A stretch of DNA of 64,000 nucleotides, from contig CM074521.1 in assembly GCA_037379345.1 (NCBI GenBank), positions 31,396,704-31,460,703 on the forward strand, in the 5' to 3' direction. The position numbers and the translations under genes are program-made. Below, piece by piece: positions 23,631-38,600 of the stretch. The notes below the pieces were generated by a model. That model did not search any database, had not been told where the DNA came from, and saw only the letters and a list, made by a program, of their open reading frames with translations. How positions within the stretch are numbered: position 1 is the first letter of the stretch; every line of letters begins with the position of its first letter. Source of the DNA: Perna viridis. Lineage: Eukaryota.

Positions 23631-26600
23631 CTGGAAATCATAAAGTGTAAAATTAAAAATATTGTTCGATTTAATCAGTATCAGAATTGCTACTCTTTGT
23701 CCTATAAATAAACACTCAATTAAATATGAAAGATCACTCAATGAGTGGTAGATATTTCAGGTTTTTGCCCAGTTTTACTCAAGATGCCTCTGTTCTTCTC
23801 TATGTTGATTTGTTTATTGTGTGTGTCTGTGTTTCTTAAACATGTTGCATTATCATTTCCGTAATAATGCGTCAACAAGCTTCTCAATCAAAGAGCCATT
23901 TTGCTCTCTTGAAGTATTCTACTTCAAAGACCATATAATTGTCAGTTTCAAAATAGTAAAAGAGTCACAAATCATATTTTTGCACTTCTAATTTGATGCA
24001 AGTAAATTATTAAAGATAAGGCACTTCACATAGATAGAAACCCATACATCATTTATGAAGTTTCAGTGTATTATATCTTATATAGTTACCTTGGCAATTC
24101 TAATTCCCATAACCCATTGGTCCAGAGCAGCTTTGTTCTCAGTACAGAAATATCTGATGTACTTGGAAGTTTTCTTCTGTATTTGTGGATGCTGAAGGAT
24201 TAAAAAACAATATCATTAGCTTTGTCTTTATTCTGGTAAAAGTATTATCAGTATTTGTGTTGAGAAGGATTGAAACAGAGATCAGTTATCTCCCTTTGTC
24301 CAGTTAAAAAAAAAAGTGAAAATATTAGTTTAGTTTTGGTAAGAGATATTTCCACTAGGATTAAAAATTGTATAGATTGTATTCTTCATCAAGATGTATT
24401 TGCATGAATTCTAAAGAACTTTTCATGAAAACAACAATCTGGAATGGTCTGAATAAAGAATTGGTATACAATATGAGAACTAACTTGACTCATTAAATTT
24501 GAAATTCTAAGAAAAAGGTTAACTTTGGGGAGAAGATTTGGCCTTATACTACAAGCCTTGGCTTTAGACACGTAATAGAATAGAACTAAACCCACAATAT
24601 AGATTTAGTAAGAACCTGTTGTGTTATAATGACATTCAAACCCACCAATGGTACAAAAAACCCTATAAAATCAATCAATTTGTGGCTGTCAGGGATACAG
24701 ATATACAGGTTAATCCTTTATCAATTACCTTCAGTGCAAATCCAAAGTCAGTAGGAGCATGATATTTTTTCTTCCATCCGAGGCCATAGTATACATCTAC
24801 ATAGGCAAACTGTACCATACAAGTCAAGTCTTTAGGTGCCTAAAACACAAATTTTAAGGGTTAAAATACTACTGCAAAAAACCAACATTAAAATTGCAAT
24901 AATTTTTGTCTTTAATTTACTGCTACGTGTTATATTCTGGTATCAAGAAATGAGATGGTTGGTATTGACAACAATTTACTGGCACATGGTTATATTCTGG
25001 TATCAAGAAATGAGATGGTTGGTATTGACAACAATTTACTGCTACATGGTTATACTCTGGAGAAATGAGATGGTTGGTATTGACAACAATTTACTGCTAC
25101 ATGGTTATATTCTGGAGAAATGAGATGGTTGGTATTGACAACAGTTTACTGCTACATGGTTATATTCAAGAGAAATGAGATGGTTGGTATTGACAACAAT
25201 TTACTGCTACATGGTCATATTCTGGTATCAAGAAATGAGATGGTTGGTATTGACAACAGTTTACTGCTACATGGTTATATTCTGGAGAAATGAGATGGTT
25301 GGTATTGACAACAATTTACTGCTACACGGTTATATTCTGGAGAAATGAGATGGTTGGTATTGACAACAATTTACTGCTACACGGTTATATTCTGGAGAAA
25401 TGAGATGGTTGGTATAGACAACAGTTTACTGCTACATGGTTATATTCTGGAGAAATGAGATGGTTGGTATAGACAACAGTTTACTGCTACATGGTTATAT
25501 TCTGGTATCAAGAAATGAGATGGTTGGTATTGACAACAATTTACTGGCACATGGTTATATTCTAGAGAAATGAGATAGTTGGTATTGACAACAATTTACT
25601 GCTACATGGTTATATTCTGGTATCAAGAAATGAGATGGTAGGTATTGACAACAATTTACTGCTACTACATGGTTTTTTTGGGAGAAATGAGATGGTTGGT
25701 ATTGACAACAGTTTACTGCCACATGATTATATTCTGGTATCAAGAAATGAGGTGGTTGGTATTGACAACAATATCTGCAGTTGCTAGTTTTCCAAGGTTG
25801 TGTCATGTGAACATATTTGTGGTTTTGAGATATACTTAGTTTATCATACATGTAGTCTTATTTTGGAGTATTGATTTTCAAGCTTATGTATTCACTGCCA
25901 AAATAGTATGAAAATTTATATTTCTACAGTACATAAATAATTGTTTCTTTCCTAACACCTATCTAAGTCTGATCATTCGTCTTTCCTGAACATCTACCTA
26001 TGTCCAAGTCTGAACATTTGTCTTTCCTGAATATTTACCTATGTCAAAGTCTGAACATTCATCTTTTCTGAACATCTACCATTGTCCAAGTCTGAACATT
26101 CGTCTTTCCTGAACATCTACCTATGTCCAAGTCTGAAGCATTTACCTATGTCAAAGTCTGAACATTCGTCTTTTCTGAACATTTACCTATGTCCAAGTCT
26201 GAACATTTGTCTTTCCTGAACATTTACCTATGTCAAAGTCTGAACACTTGTCTTTCCTGAACATCTACCTATGTCCAAGTCTGAACTAAGTGAACTCATA
26301 CCTAGAAGGTAAAATGTATGGCCTTCAATTATCAATTTTGAAATTGCTTTTTTCATGAAATAACATAAACTGTCTGGAGGATGGCTATAAAGAAACCCAT
26401 GCCAAGACCACAACAAAATTTATTCAAGATACTTTTTCCTAAATGAATAATGGGATTTAATTATAGGGTCTGTGCCACAGAAATGACAAAACACTTCATA
26501 ATTAAAGAGCAAGGCATACATACATGTATATTTTGTATCCTAACATTGAACTGTGTTCATATTTACTCTTAAACATTTCTATAACATATTTTCACACAGA

Positions 26601-29600
26601 GAGCCAATTTCTATTATGTAACAGTAATCAAAGGACACAGAGAAAACAGTTAGTAATGAAACTCATGTGAGAATCCAAATGTCAAAACTTGTAGAAATGT
26701 TCTCTCGTGAGAATTTATTCTCTCAGATAATTGAAAAACAAAAAAAAACTTTACATCCAGAAAAATTGCAATTCTAACATAGATTTTCTCCACTTCACGG
26801 AAATAATCTTAAGTAACATCAAAATGATTGAATTATTTGCATTTTATAGCAGTTTTAATTGTACTTTATAACTCTCATGTAACAGAACCATTACTGACTT
26901 ACTACAACCAAATATAGTCTATACCAGTAACAATTATAATTCAACTAAAAACTATAATGTTTTACTGTCCATACTTTCAAATATACAGACAGTTCATTTC
27001 ATTTTCACAAAATGCTAAAAAAAAAATCCTTAAAATTATTTATTCCAGCCTCTGTGAAATAAAGTGCTAACAGTGTTAAAGGTCAGTGGTTTTGATTCAC
27101 TTTTCAAAAGAATTGCTTCCTGTTATTGGAAAGCAAAAGTTGCTATCAAGGACCAACTTTCTGACTCAATTTGTATGGAACTAGCAAGAATCAGGTATTA
27201 GCACTGGTCCGAGACTGATGCAGGGCCATTGAAATATCAACCTCAGTCCTGGACCTACCATATTTAGAGGACCTATCAATTCATTTCATTTAGAATGCAA
27301 AAAAGTCCAGGACCTGTCTCTCTTGAAATTAAATTTTAACCCCTTGAGAACTTGACAGATATAACCTGTATCAATTGTAAAACAATCCAAAGCACTGAAA
27401 GCTAAATGAATAAAAGTACAACATAGCCTTGACCTATGATTATAAACAAGTCTACATGTAATGTTTACCATGTAAATCCTCTAGCGATGAATCTGTCATG
27501 TGTATACAGGAAGTTCATGTCTGACAAATCAAAACATCTAAAGTAACTGACTCTGTGTAAAGTGCTGCAACTATGAAATTTATAAGTTTCCAAAGACAGT
27601 TGTTCATCAAACTTTGGACAAGATTGGTGATTCATAAAGTTTTCATCTGAAGCAGGTGCAAAACTGAAGTATTGCAGGTGTACACTTTTCTGCAATTCTT
27701 AAATGAATTATAATTTTGTCTATTCTAGTATTCAACTAAAATGTCCATATCTGCACATACTAAAAGGGTTTTTATATCATCCTCAACTACCCCTTTCTTT
27801 CTTGCAGAGAAAGCCCTATCTGTTACATGTGTCTTCTCATTTATACCAACCTTGCTGACTTTTCCTTTAGGATTGTAGTACAGTCCAGAAGCTCTTAGAA
27901 CAAAGTAGTATTTCTTCCATGCTTTCTTGCCTTCAGACTTAAGGTACATAACTCCCTCAACTTCAGGTACTTGGGCACTGCCATTGAAAAACTCCTACAA
28001 TACACGTATGATATTGAATGTAAACATTCAGACTATACATACATCCCACTAAATTATGTCTTCCAACACTTCAGAATCTTAGTCTCCCTGTTGGACAAAT
28101 GACAATTCTGGAGGTAACTTTTAATATATAGAATATATAAATAATATCACAATAATTCCCAAAACAAATCTGCCTTCAAAAGTTGAAAACAACAGCACGG
28201 AGGAAGCCCTGAATGTACGAAGAGCTACCTCTTAATATATAAATCCTAGGATATATCATCACTAAACTTATCAGGAAAAACACTTTCAAACTGTTCAACA
28301 GGAAATTGTTGCTAAAATATTTCAATTTTTGTTACTATATTTACAAATTCATTCTCTATTTGGCTTGATATTAGTATCTCTTGTTTACAATACACACATT
28401 GTAACAATTTTCAGTTATCTCTTTGAAGCTTGAATATCACCAAAATAAAATTATTAACTCTTTCTCAACACTAAAACTTCACTGTAATAATTAATGAAAA
28501 GTCCACAGTTAAATAACACATCCTGTTAATGAAGTAGCTAAACAATTTAACTTATAAAATGAATATCCTGTTTAGCTAGACAAAAAAATATCTGAACTGC
28601 TACCACAAGGTTAGCTACACATTGACAGTTATAAGAGTAAAAAGCACTGTGTAGAAAAAGCCTACACACGTTATCTCTAGAGGCTGTTAACCTTATAGGC
28701 CTATTATTGATTATCTAATGCAGGGATTACTCACTGCAACAAACACATATAATTTTTATGTTATACTGAATTCTAACTAATATTTCATGTTCATCCTGCC
28801 TCATTGTTGTTGGTATTTAACTAATGATAGGTTTCGATTTTTAAGCACGTTTTGAATTTCAAATCAAACAAAGTTGTTTATTGTGAGAAAATTTTTTTCG
28901 GTGTTTTAAATTACTTTTTCTTCTAACTTTTTGTATGGATCTAATTGATGCCATTGGAGAAAATTCTAAGCTGTGTGGGCCAACATATCCGCCAATCAAT
29001 CACTATCACATTTACAATTTCCATAAAGATATTGGCATAAAGTTCATAAATAATTGTAATAGGAAAGAATTAAGATTTGAACTTAAACCTTACCATAGGC
29101 CTGGGGCAAAATATCTTTCTAAAAAGGACATGACAGGCCAAACATCATTTATTCTTGTGTTACTTGTGATACTTTGCTTCACATGATTGAACTATTTACA
29201 GTTGTTCCACATTGAGTAATTTTTCATTATTTCTATGTTGCTACATACCTGTATTAATTTGTGTCTTTGGTTTGGAGCCAGTGATGCCCCTTTCTCTGAC
29301 GAGGAACCTACTAACAAGTATTTCTGAAAACACAATAATATAAGGTTTGGTTGTTTTCATGGTAGATAGGAAATAAAACATTAGTGGTCAAATTAACAAA
29401 ACATAGTAAGTGTGAAATAGATCCTAAGTAATGATGTTACAATGATATTTTCTACCTTAATATTCTGTACTCTTACGATTTTTTTGTGAAATCATAATTG
29501 GACTACATCTCCACATTTCAATTTAATCTTTTTAAAATTCAAATGAATAAAGTTTGATACTGTACAATGTGGTCTACTTGCTAATATGCTCATTTTTATG

Positions 29601-32600
29601 CATAATAACATTCATTTGCACAGTCAGTATTAGATGCCATGAATAGATGAAAAGTTCCGAAAATGATTTTAATTCATTTGCTTCAATTTTTATCAAAACA
29701 TTGACACTAAAATAATAGAGAATGGACCAATCTTTGGGATTTAAATGACTTACCTCAGGATATCTAAAGAGATCATATTTTTCTTGTCTCTCCTCAAATA
29801 GTATTTTATTCTTGGTATCTCTGGTCCACATTACCATATTCTCTACCAGACAGTCATGGTCCTCCAAAATCCTCTCTGAAAAAAAAAATAAAACCAAAAA
29901 AATTCAAAAGAGTGATCATGTAATGTAAATGTTGCCAATTGTTCAAGATTTTCAACATATACAATATCAGTTCATTCAGACCAGCATATGAAAACAAGTT
30001 GGAACAGGACAACAAGGTTCTTAACACCCATGTCAATCTAGATCCATCACAGACAAAATCATTTCCTAAGATTTTCACATTAATTTCACATGATTTTCAC
30101 CTGAGTTGAGCATACCAGAATATAATTTGTGAAAGGTTTCATGTGAAATTCATGTGAATTTCATATAAGTTTTCACATGAAATTTACATGAAGCTTGATT
30201 CACATAAATTCCAAAAGAATGATATTTGCCGGTGTAGGATTTTATAGAAGTACCCCAACTTCTCAAAACAAAGTTTAATATCAAGCATCTGTTTTCAAAC
30301 ATCCAATGTCAATATGGACTTGCAACAGACACGAATGAAACCAAATCAATACGCAACAATCTAGCAACAAAAGGCCATTTATGTCCGATAATAACCATAT
30401 TCTAAAGTAATGAAACAGTTAACTGGATATTAATTTGATAAAATAACAAGAACCTGATCAGTGATATTAAATATCAAAATAATCAGACCTGGTGAATCAT
30501 ACAGGACTTGTGAGGTGAGGTAGTCTGATCTCAGACAGATGAAGTTTTAAAGATTCACATAAAAGAATACAAAAAAAACCCATGAACATGGTTAAAAAAG
30601 AGAGACAGTTTAAAAAAAGCTTAGTGCTTGTTTCCAAATCCTGTTTGTCAAACTTTGTTTGATCTATTTTGTATACATGTTTGATATTTATAAATAAAAT
30701 ATGTTTAAGCTAAAAAAGAGCCATTGAAAAAAGTTATTATTATTTCCTATTTTGAAGGAAAATGCCTAGTTAAAACACTATTATTTTATGAAAATACATT
30801 TGTAAGGATTCTGATCACATCAGTATTCCCTTCCCGAAATAACAGTAAAACCATGCACAATATTTATGACTGCTGTGACCTTGACAAATCTGTGAGCGAT
30901 GGCTTACTAGTGATACCCTTGCTTTCAATCACAATAAGAGGAAAATAAATGAAGTCCTCGGTAAACAGGAAGTTGTTGTCCAATTTTTCCAAATATGAAC
31001 CCCACCATGTGGCATACTTACATGAAGAATATGTAAAAGTTTCTAGTTGCTGAGAAAAATGACAGAAAAAATTGTTACCAACAGAAACAGAGATGGACTT
31101 TATTTCCAAAATCATATAGCTAACTTTACCAAGTCGCTTATTTCAGACAAAAGTTTGGGTTTAAACGTGTTTTTAGTTTATTGAATGGATGGTTATTACT
31201 AAATGAAATAACAATGTCACTTATCTTAGAAAAAAAGGCAACATTTTGATTGCTTCTATTAACAATCAAAGACTGATGTCATCAAAGTCGCTGCCACTGA
31301 TTTTGGCTTACTTCCAATATCCGAAATGGCACAATGCGATATGCTCTAAAATTGGATCTTCCACTAGAATCTTGGTTCCCTTGTAAAACAATATACCCTC
31401 TCTCCTTCAGAACAAGTTTCAAGTATCTCCATGGAGATAAATGTCTACACAGTTTGGTCTTTTGTTGATTCTTGAGTGTTACAAGAGATGGGCAAAATAT
31501 CATGTCTACGGCAATCAATAAATTTAGATGCATGATATCAGAATAGTTTGATCTTTAGTCAGTAAATATCACAGCAGTGGCATAGCCAGGGCCAAATCAA
31601 TGTGGAAGCCTTTCCTAGGAAATAAAAGGGAGAGGAGTTTATTTAATTAGGATTCCATTGCAGCATGTTGAAGTCTTGGCTTCTTGACATACATTGTTGT
31701 TATGATGAGTGTCTGTCTAGAATTCAATGAAAGATGACCACCCTGACAAAACCTGAATAAGACAATGACCTTACATCAGAAATAAAAGTCAAGTGAAGAA
31801 AATGACCTCTCTGTCAATCAAAATAGGAGATTCTAAATGGTTTGATGTCAGAAGAATCCTCTTATCTAGGTTTTCCCATCTTTATCTAAATCATTACCTA
31901 TTTTATCATTCAAAAGAGAAATAACATAAAAACACATTAAAATTGGTACAAACATTGACAGACAATAAATGTGCCGATTACAAGTATTCCAGAATGGAGA
32001 TATATAGCTAAAGTTTAATATTGACACATATCATTTTCAACACTTCTGGTCTCAGTTTACAAAAGGAAATCGATAGACTGGTCCAGTTTAAGTGGATTTT
32101 TTTCATTAATTGGTTAATTGTTATTTACATTTTTATATTGAGTAGGCTTAGTGTGAAATTTCATACCCGAGTGTAAAAGGTTAAGAGCTAAGAATTTAGG
32201 TCACCCCGATTGCAATCTATAATGAATTACACACATACTTTTAGTTTATTTTCCATCACAATGAGATGATTAATTTCAACCAAAACAATGGGCACTTAAC
32301 TTCAAACACTGTATAAAGTTTCAAAGTAAAAGCAGATGTTGATTCAAAGGAATCAAGATTCAAGACACTTGTTTTAACCCCCTCCCCCACAGAAGTTTTT
32401 AAAAATCACATTTATTTTAATAAAATCTTGATTTATCTGTAATTATAACCCAAAAGTCCTCAAATTTTGGATCTGTCACTAAACATGACATAAAAACCAG
32501 CCATCAAATGGTACTAAAGAATTACAAAGAAAAAAATCTGATCACCGATTAAGTTTGAAATTTTGAAAAATAATGAGACTACTGATTTATTTAATTGAAT

Positions 32601-35600
32601 AAGTGAATACATAACCTTTGTTAATTTATTTAAAAAATAGGCATTAATGGAACATTTAGTGATACCCACACCACAAATTGGTGAAAAAAAAGGGGGATGG
32701 CATAATTTTGCTGAAAAATAAACTTAACCTGTATTTTATGGTACTGAACAACTGTGCAAAGTTTCCACAAAAATCTTTGGTCAATTCTCAAGTCATTGGG
32801 GGGACAGAAAGAAGGCGAACTGGCATGTAACTTTTCAAAGTGTATTACTTCATGTGACCATTACTAAAAACCAAATGAGGGGCACAATGCCAAAAGAGTC
32901 ATTGTACCATAATGGGTAATTAAATTTTTCTTTTACAGCTTTTTCTCTGTAATACTACCAATGTATTCACAGAGCTTTTTACAAGAAAACAAACCTTCTC
33001 TAAAATCAAATAAAGAAGCATAACATTCTCCTAGAAAGCCATAAGAGGTTAAGGAACCTTAATCTATTCTATTTACTGCTAGATCACGGTAAATGTCAGT
33101 GGTTAATTGAAGTTATCTGATATCACGTCTGGCTCGGTAAAAGTCACAGTGATCGTGTTCCTTCATAATCAGGAGGTAATGAGGTCATGGTATACAGTAT
33201 AACTTTAATCATCACAAGCTTTTTATAATTGGGACAAAAATAATTTTGGACCTGTAACATTGCCAATTTAAAGAAGTGAAGAAAGGAAATATTTTCTGAT
33301 ACATTATCTGAACAAATATCAGATGATAAAGCATGCTGTTGATCCTATTTTCTGACTTGAATCCATCCTAACATATTAAGGAATGGAAATCCAACCTCTT
33401 AAGTTGTAGGAGAACATGTCCATTTTCATTTAAAAAAAAAAACTGTAATTGCGATCCTATGACAGAAATCTCATGCATTTCAAGATGAGAACACACAGAG
33501 CCCACATCACAATTGAGCTGCTGCACACAACACCATTAATGGAACTGTAGAAATTGTAATACAAAGTCAATCAAAATATTTCTTTAAAGTGCAGTTAAGG
33601 GTTTCAAAGATGGTGTACACAATTATAGGAAATGGGAAAAAAATTACCTGACACAATGTTACATTGCCAAAGGAAACCATGAGGTGAGTTGAGGCCACAC
33701 AATGTCTAGCCCAAGGAAACCATGAGGTGGGTTGAGGCCACACAAAGTCTAGCCAAAGGAAACCATGAGGTAAGTTGAGGCCACACAATGTCTAGCCTTG
33801 TTATTATAGGATACAGAACTAAGTGTTTGTCTATAATCGGATTTGTCTTTGGATTTGTTACAGTATAGCATCAGATAAATAGAACTTAAGGTTAGATCAA
33901 CTAAACAGACCTAAATTTAGGAAATATGTGTATCATTAATCAATTACATTAATATGTCTCAAAATGGTATTTCAAGGGAAAATTGAATACACACCTTAAT
34001 TGTTTCCTGAATGAATGAACAGACACAAATAACAAATATACTAGCCATACAAGACTTTTTTAATGGAGTATCATCTCCAAATTAAACCATAAGTCACCAT
34101 CACTACATGGAAGAAGAAGAAAGCATCCCTACCCTGATGTCCATTGACAACCATCATCTCACAAACAGAATTTAATCCTAGAAAATATATCCAAATACCA
34201 GTAACTGAAATGAAATTGTTTTTTGATGCTGCTCTAAAGGATTAATCCACATATCTTACTAAGCACAGCTATGGTAAATTCCTTTGAAGCCTCAGTGCTC
34301 AACTTGCCATAGAATAACAAAACTTTTCCGTAAGCCATGACATGGAAAAACTTCAAACTTTCAGGATAGAGTCTACATGCATGGTGAAAGACAGAGAAAG
34401 TATGAATGAAAGTTTGTATACAAAGGGGCTGGTGTTTTACAGAGGAAATGTAACCAGATAGAACCATAATACATCCTTTGTTTGGTCAAGTGAAGTCATC
34501 CTGCACCCAAAATAAACCTACGTCAGTCGTCAGTCGTTGGAACCTCAATGGAGTCAGCATGCCTCATTCAAGATACTATCTTATTTGCTGAGAGTTACAG
34601 ACAGTTGAGAATTTTATATCAAATTCTGCTTGAGATGCCACTTAACATTTACCATAAAACATATGATGGTTTTGACGACCTGGATTGATGATTTGGTTCT
34701 GAAACACAGCTAACCAACCATTTCTTTCTACATCAATAATGACAAGATTAATGATATTATTGTGCAAGCATAAATTGTTAATTCCTTTAAAGTCTCAAAC
34801 TCTCAAAAATATCAATTGTTGTGTGAGACATATATTTAAATAGATTTGTACATTTTTCTAATCATTAATGATGAAACCATAAAAAAAACATAATAATGAT
34901 ATTGTTTGCAAAGATCATAGTGATTTGTTAATTTTCATTGTAATTGACATTTTCCCTTTTTGAGTTCCATGTTAGTATACCACACAATATTTTACGATTT
35001 GCCATTTCAACGTATGTTGTGGTGTTGCCTTTTTATTATCATTTTACTTTCTATCATCTATGGTGAAGTTTCCTTATCAGAGAGTCATGTGTTTTCTACA
35101 TACACCGAGCATCTACAGAGTTACAGCAGCCAACATATACTTCCTGCTATCACATCTGAATCTTTGAAGGTAGATCATTCTACAGTTACTATTCAGAACC
35201 AGGATGGGTTGCAAAATAGATTATAGCTCATTACAATACACTGTTAAATTATTTAATAACTACAAAATTTAACACTCAATAAAAATTCAATGTTCAAAAG
35301 GATGATAGTCCAATTGTCAGCAACCTTGCATTAAACATGAGGTGTTGTAATCTTCACAAGTAAGATATCGAAATTGGATATACTCATACTGTCCCATGTA
35401 AAGTTTTACCAACATCCATGTACATTGTATTTAATTGTGTAAAAATGTATAATTATTAACTATTGTCATGGAAACCCCCAATTTTCATTTCTACAATTAT
35501 TATTGAGAAATAAGTTGTACATCATCATAAAAGGTTACAGCTGATGCTAAATCAATCTTTCATTATCTACATTTGATTAAATAAGAGTGTATCTCAAAAC

Positions 35601-38600
35601 CACATCCAACAATGTCTGATTTCTGGTAAGATTTAAAATTCTCTCCTTCTCAAGTTTAAAACATTTTGGCTTCATTTCTTGGCAAAACACATGTAATCAA
35701 AGAAACAATTTTCCATGTTTTAATCTTTTGGCATTCCAAATTTCTTGGGATGTTTAAATATTTTGATAAAGCAACCTTGTGCATTCTGACTCTGCATGTG
35801 CACTTAGTTGATATACAAGAACTCAAGGAAAACATTCATATCTCCCAACAGATATAGAGCACATGCAGGACTTAGAAAGAATTTGGAAAGACAAGACATT
35901 TGCAGTAATAAGTATGTATGCTCCTTGGCTAAAGTACAATAGAGGAGGGACCACTCGGTTGTAGATACAGTGGTGTCTTCTTTAGGTGACAGTTAGATAG
36001 AGACAACAGATGTTTATTAGGTCATGAATTAAAACCAGCCATCATGGCAAACTTTATGATGCATGCCCAAAAACAATGCTGAAGACAGTTTTTCTCATAT
36101 TAATTCAACATGTAACCCCATATATTGAACAATTTCACATGTTTTCATCATATTTTTTTTTCTGATGAAACTTGTCAACGCTTGTGGCTTAACTGAAAGA
36201 CTGTCTTTCACCTTTGATTAGCTATAAACACTCTAACAAATGCTTCAGGATAAAGTAGCAGGAGAAATAGGTATGAAGTCAGACATTAGCTGGTATCTCA
36301 GATTGCAAGGGAGACGACTTCTACAAATACAATTCACATGTTATATTTGTGTACTATCATTAACTCACCCATATAAAGTTCTGGCATGTTTTCTACTACT
36401 GCTAGTTTGGCATTTAGTCGGACATGGTTTTTATCTGCCAGAATACTACAGACTTGACCAATGGCCATTTTCTCATCCACCAATATACTCTTACTGCTTC
36501 CATCTTTGGCAAAGGCTCTGACAAACAACTGAAAAATATAAATGTATTGGGTATATAATTATTTTAATCTTATTCTGTTTTCAAGTCAGTCATGGGTAAT
36601 TAGAGTTTGATTCTGAAAGCTCCAAGACCCATAGTATAGCCTACATTCTCCTAACAGCTAACCAAGACCCATAGTATAGCTTACATCCTCCTAACAGCTA
36701 ACCAAGACCCATAGTATGCTCCTAACAGTTTCATTATAATGGCACTGTACAAGATACTTTCACAAAAATCATTGATGAACAGTAAATGTAAGGCATAACA
36801 TATATTTTTTCACATTTGGCCTAATATTAAGGGCGCAGATCATGATTGTAATTGGTTCCTTAGAACTTCTTCAACTTGTTTACCACGGTTACCCAAAAAT
36901 CTGGTTTTCAAAAGAATCAGAAAAAAATATTAATAAGAAACCCAATAAACTAAGTACATAGAAAACCATGAAGTTGGATAAAGCCAAAAATAAATTCTAC
37001 ATCATAAAACACAGTATCAGTTTTCTTGCGAACCAAATCAATGTCCCATATTGTCCACCAACAATACGAGTCCTTTATATCAAATGATTTTCTTCAATAT
37101 GTTTTTGCATTTTATCAAGATGTCCCACAAATCATTCTATTTTTTATTGATCTGCTTTGAATCATAAATAAATCATTTTTAACTTCTTTTATGCGTAAGT
37201 TGTTCAAGGACTTTCAAGGACAAATTGACTAAATATGTCCTTTCAAGGAAGTGTTTCTTTACAATGGAAATCATCATTTCTTTCCAATTAATCCAAATGA
37301 GCTAAAGTTTAGAGATATGACTATAAATCATACTTCATAATAAAAACTTCCTGGTAGTACAAATGTAACATTTTATATAAGATTCATGCAAAACTCATGA
37401 CATGTGGAGTATTTAGGGACATTGTCAGCCAATACAATCTCATGTGGAGTATTTAGGGATATTGTTAGCCAATACAATCTAATGTGGAGTGTTTCAGAAC
37501 ATTGTTAGCCAATACAATCTCCCTAAATACAAGGTTCAATAATACAATACAGTTCAATTTAAAGAAAACCTCAGTGACATTACTTTGCCTAAAGTTTGAG
37601 CAGCAGATCACTATACAGAGTACCCTGAATTGTCTTTATCCTATATTTGCCATTATAGTTGCCAAGATATTTCGGGGACTTATAAATAGCAGTTTTCTAT
37701 GTAGAACAAATGGAACTCCTGATGTCCTTCACACTTCATTATTCCCTTAATTGCCTGTTTCAGCAATAAACAGTTAAACACACTGACTATAATACCAGTA
37801 ACTGCCTGATATTTGTATGGAATTGTGCCTAAAATATCATGGAGAGTTACATGGAACTTAACTAAAATAAATAGAAATTGATCACATAAACCATAGTAAA
37901 TGATTTTTGCCATAAATTTATGTGACAGGGAAAATATTGTTAATATGGTTACTGTTCATTTACCGTTGTAAGCTTCCATTACGTTTTCATCTACACATGT
38001 CCTACTTCAAAATTCAACTTAAAAAAAATTAAATTACAAAAAGTAACTCTCCATCTTCCAATAGAAGAAGAATGTATTTCTTTGAGACTGACAGCTACAT
38101 AATGTTAATGTAACCATTAGTGGGACTCTGGGACTCACACTGGGAAATCGAGGTAAGAAACAATGGAAGGTTACTTTAAGCAGCAAGTTTGACACACACT
38201 CTTCATTTAACAGAAATGTCATATGTGACTTTGGAAAAAATATGTCATCTTGGACCTTCTAGAAGAATGAATAAGTACTTTTAAGAAGAAGACCCATGAT
38301 TGATTAAACTAGACGGCATTACAGGAAAGGTCATGACTGACATTAAAGAAATGTCAGATAAAAAGTAAATATCCTACCCGTATTATTGATTTAGGTTTTT
38401 GTTTATTTATTAGACTGACATTTAAGAAATGTCATTATTAACATTACTGACATTACTGGAAGCAAATATATGAAAAGTACTTTTAAGAAACATTCCAATT
38501 TCTTGAAAAAGTCCTTACAATATTAATAATTGACAACCAAACCCTTACAAAGCAAATAAATACTGGTACAGATTAAACCCCAAAGTACTTTTTCCGTTTG

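Noticed and set aside
23631-23741. N-terminal 37 aa of the 994-aa ORF as a stand-alone gene start
   Set aside because: Intronic. A canonical acceptor at 23631-23632 joins IRIAK to YGKQL, the conserved end of the PH domain.
24915-26287. CRISPR-like appearance of the regular arrays (also 6198, 41973, 43541, 53140)
   Set aside because: Units are contiguous near-identical repeats with no unique spacers, there are no cas genes, and the context is eukaryotic introns.
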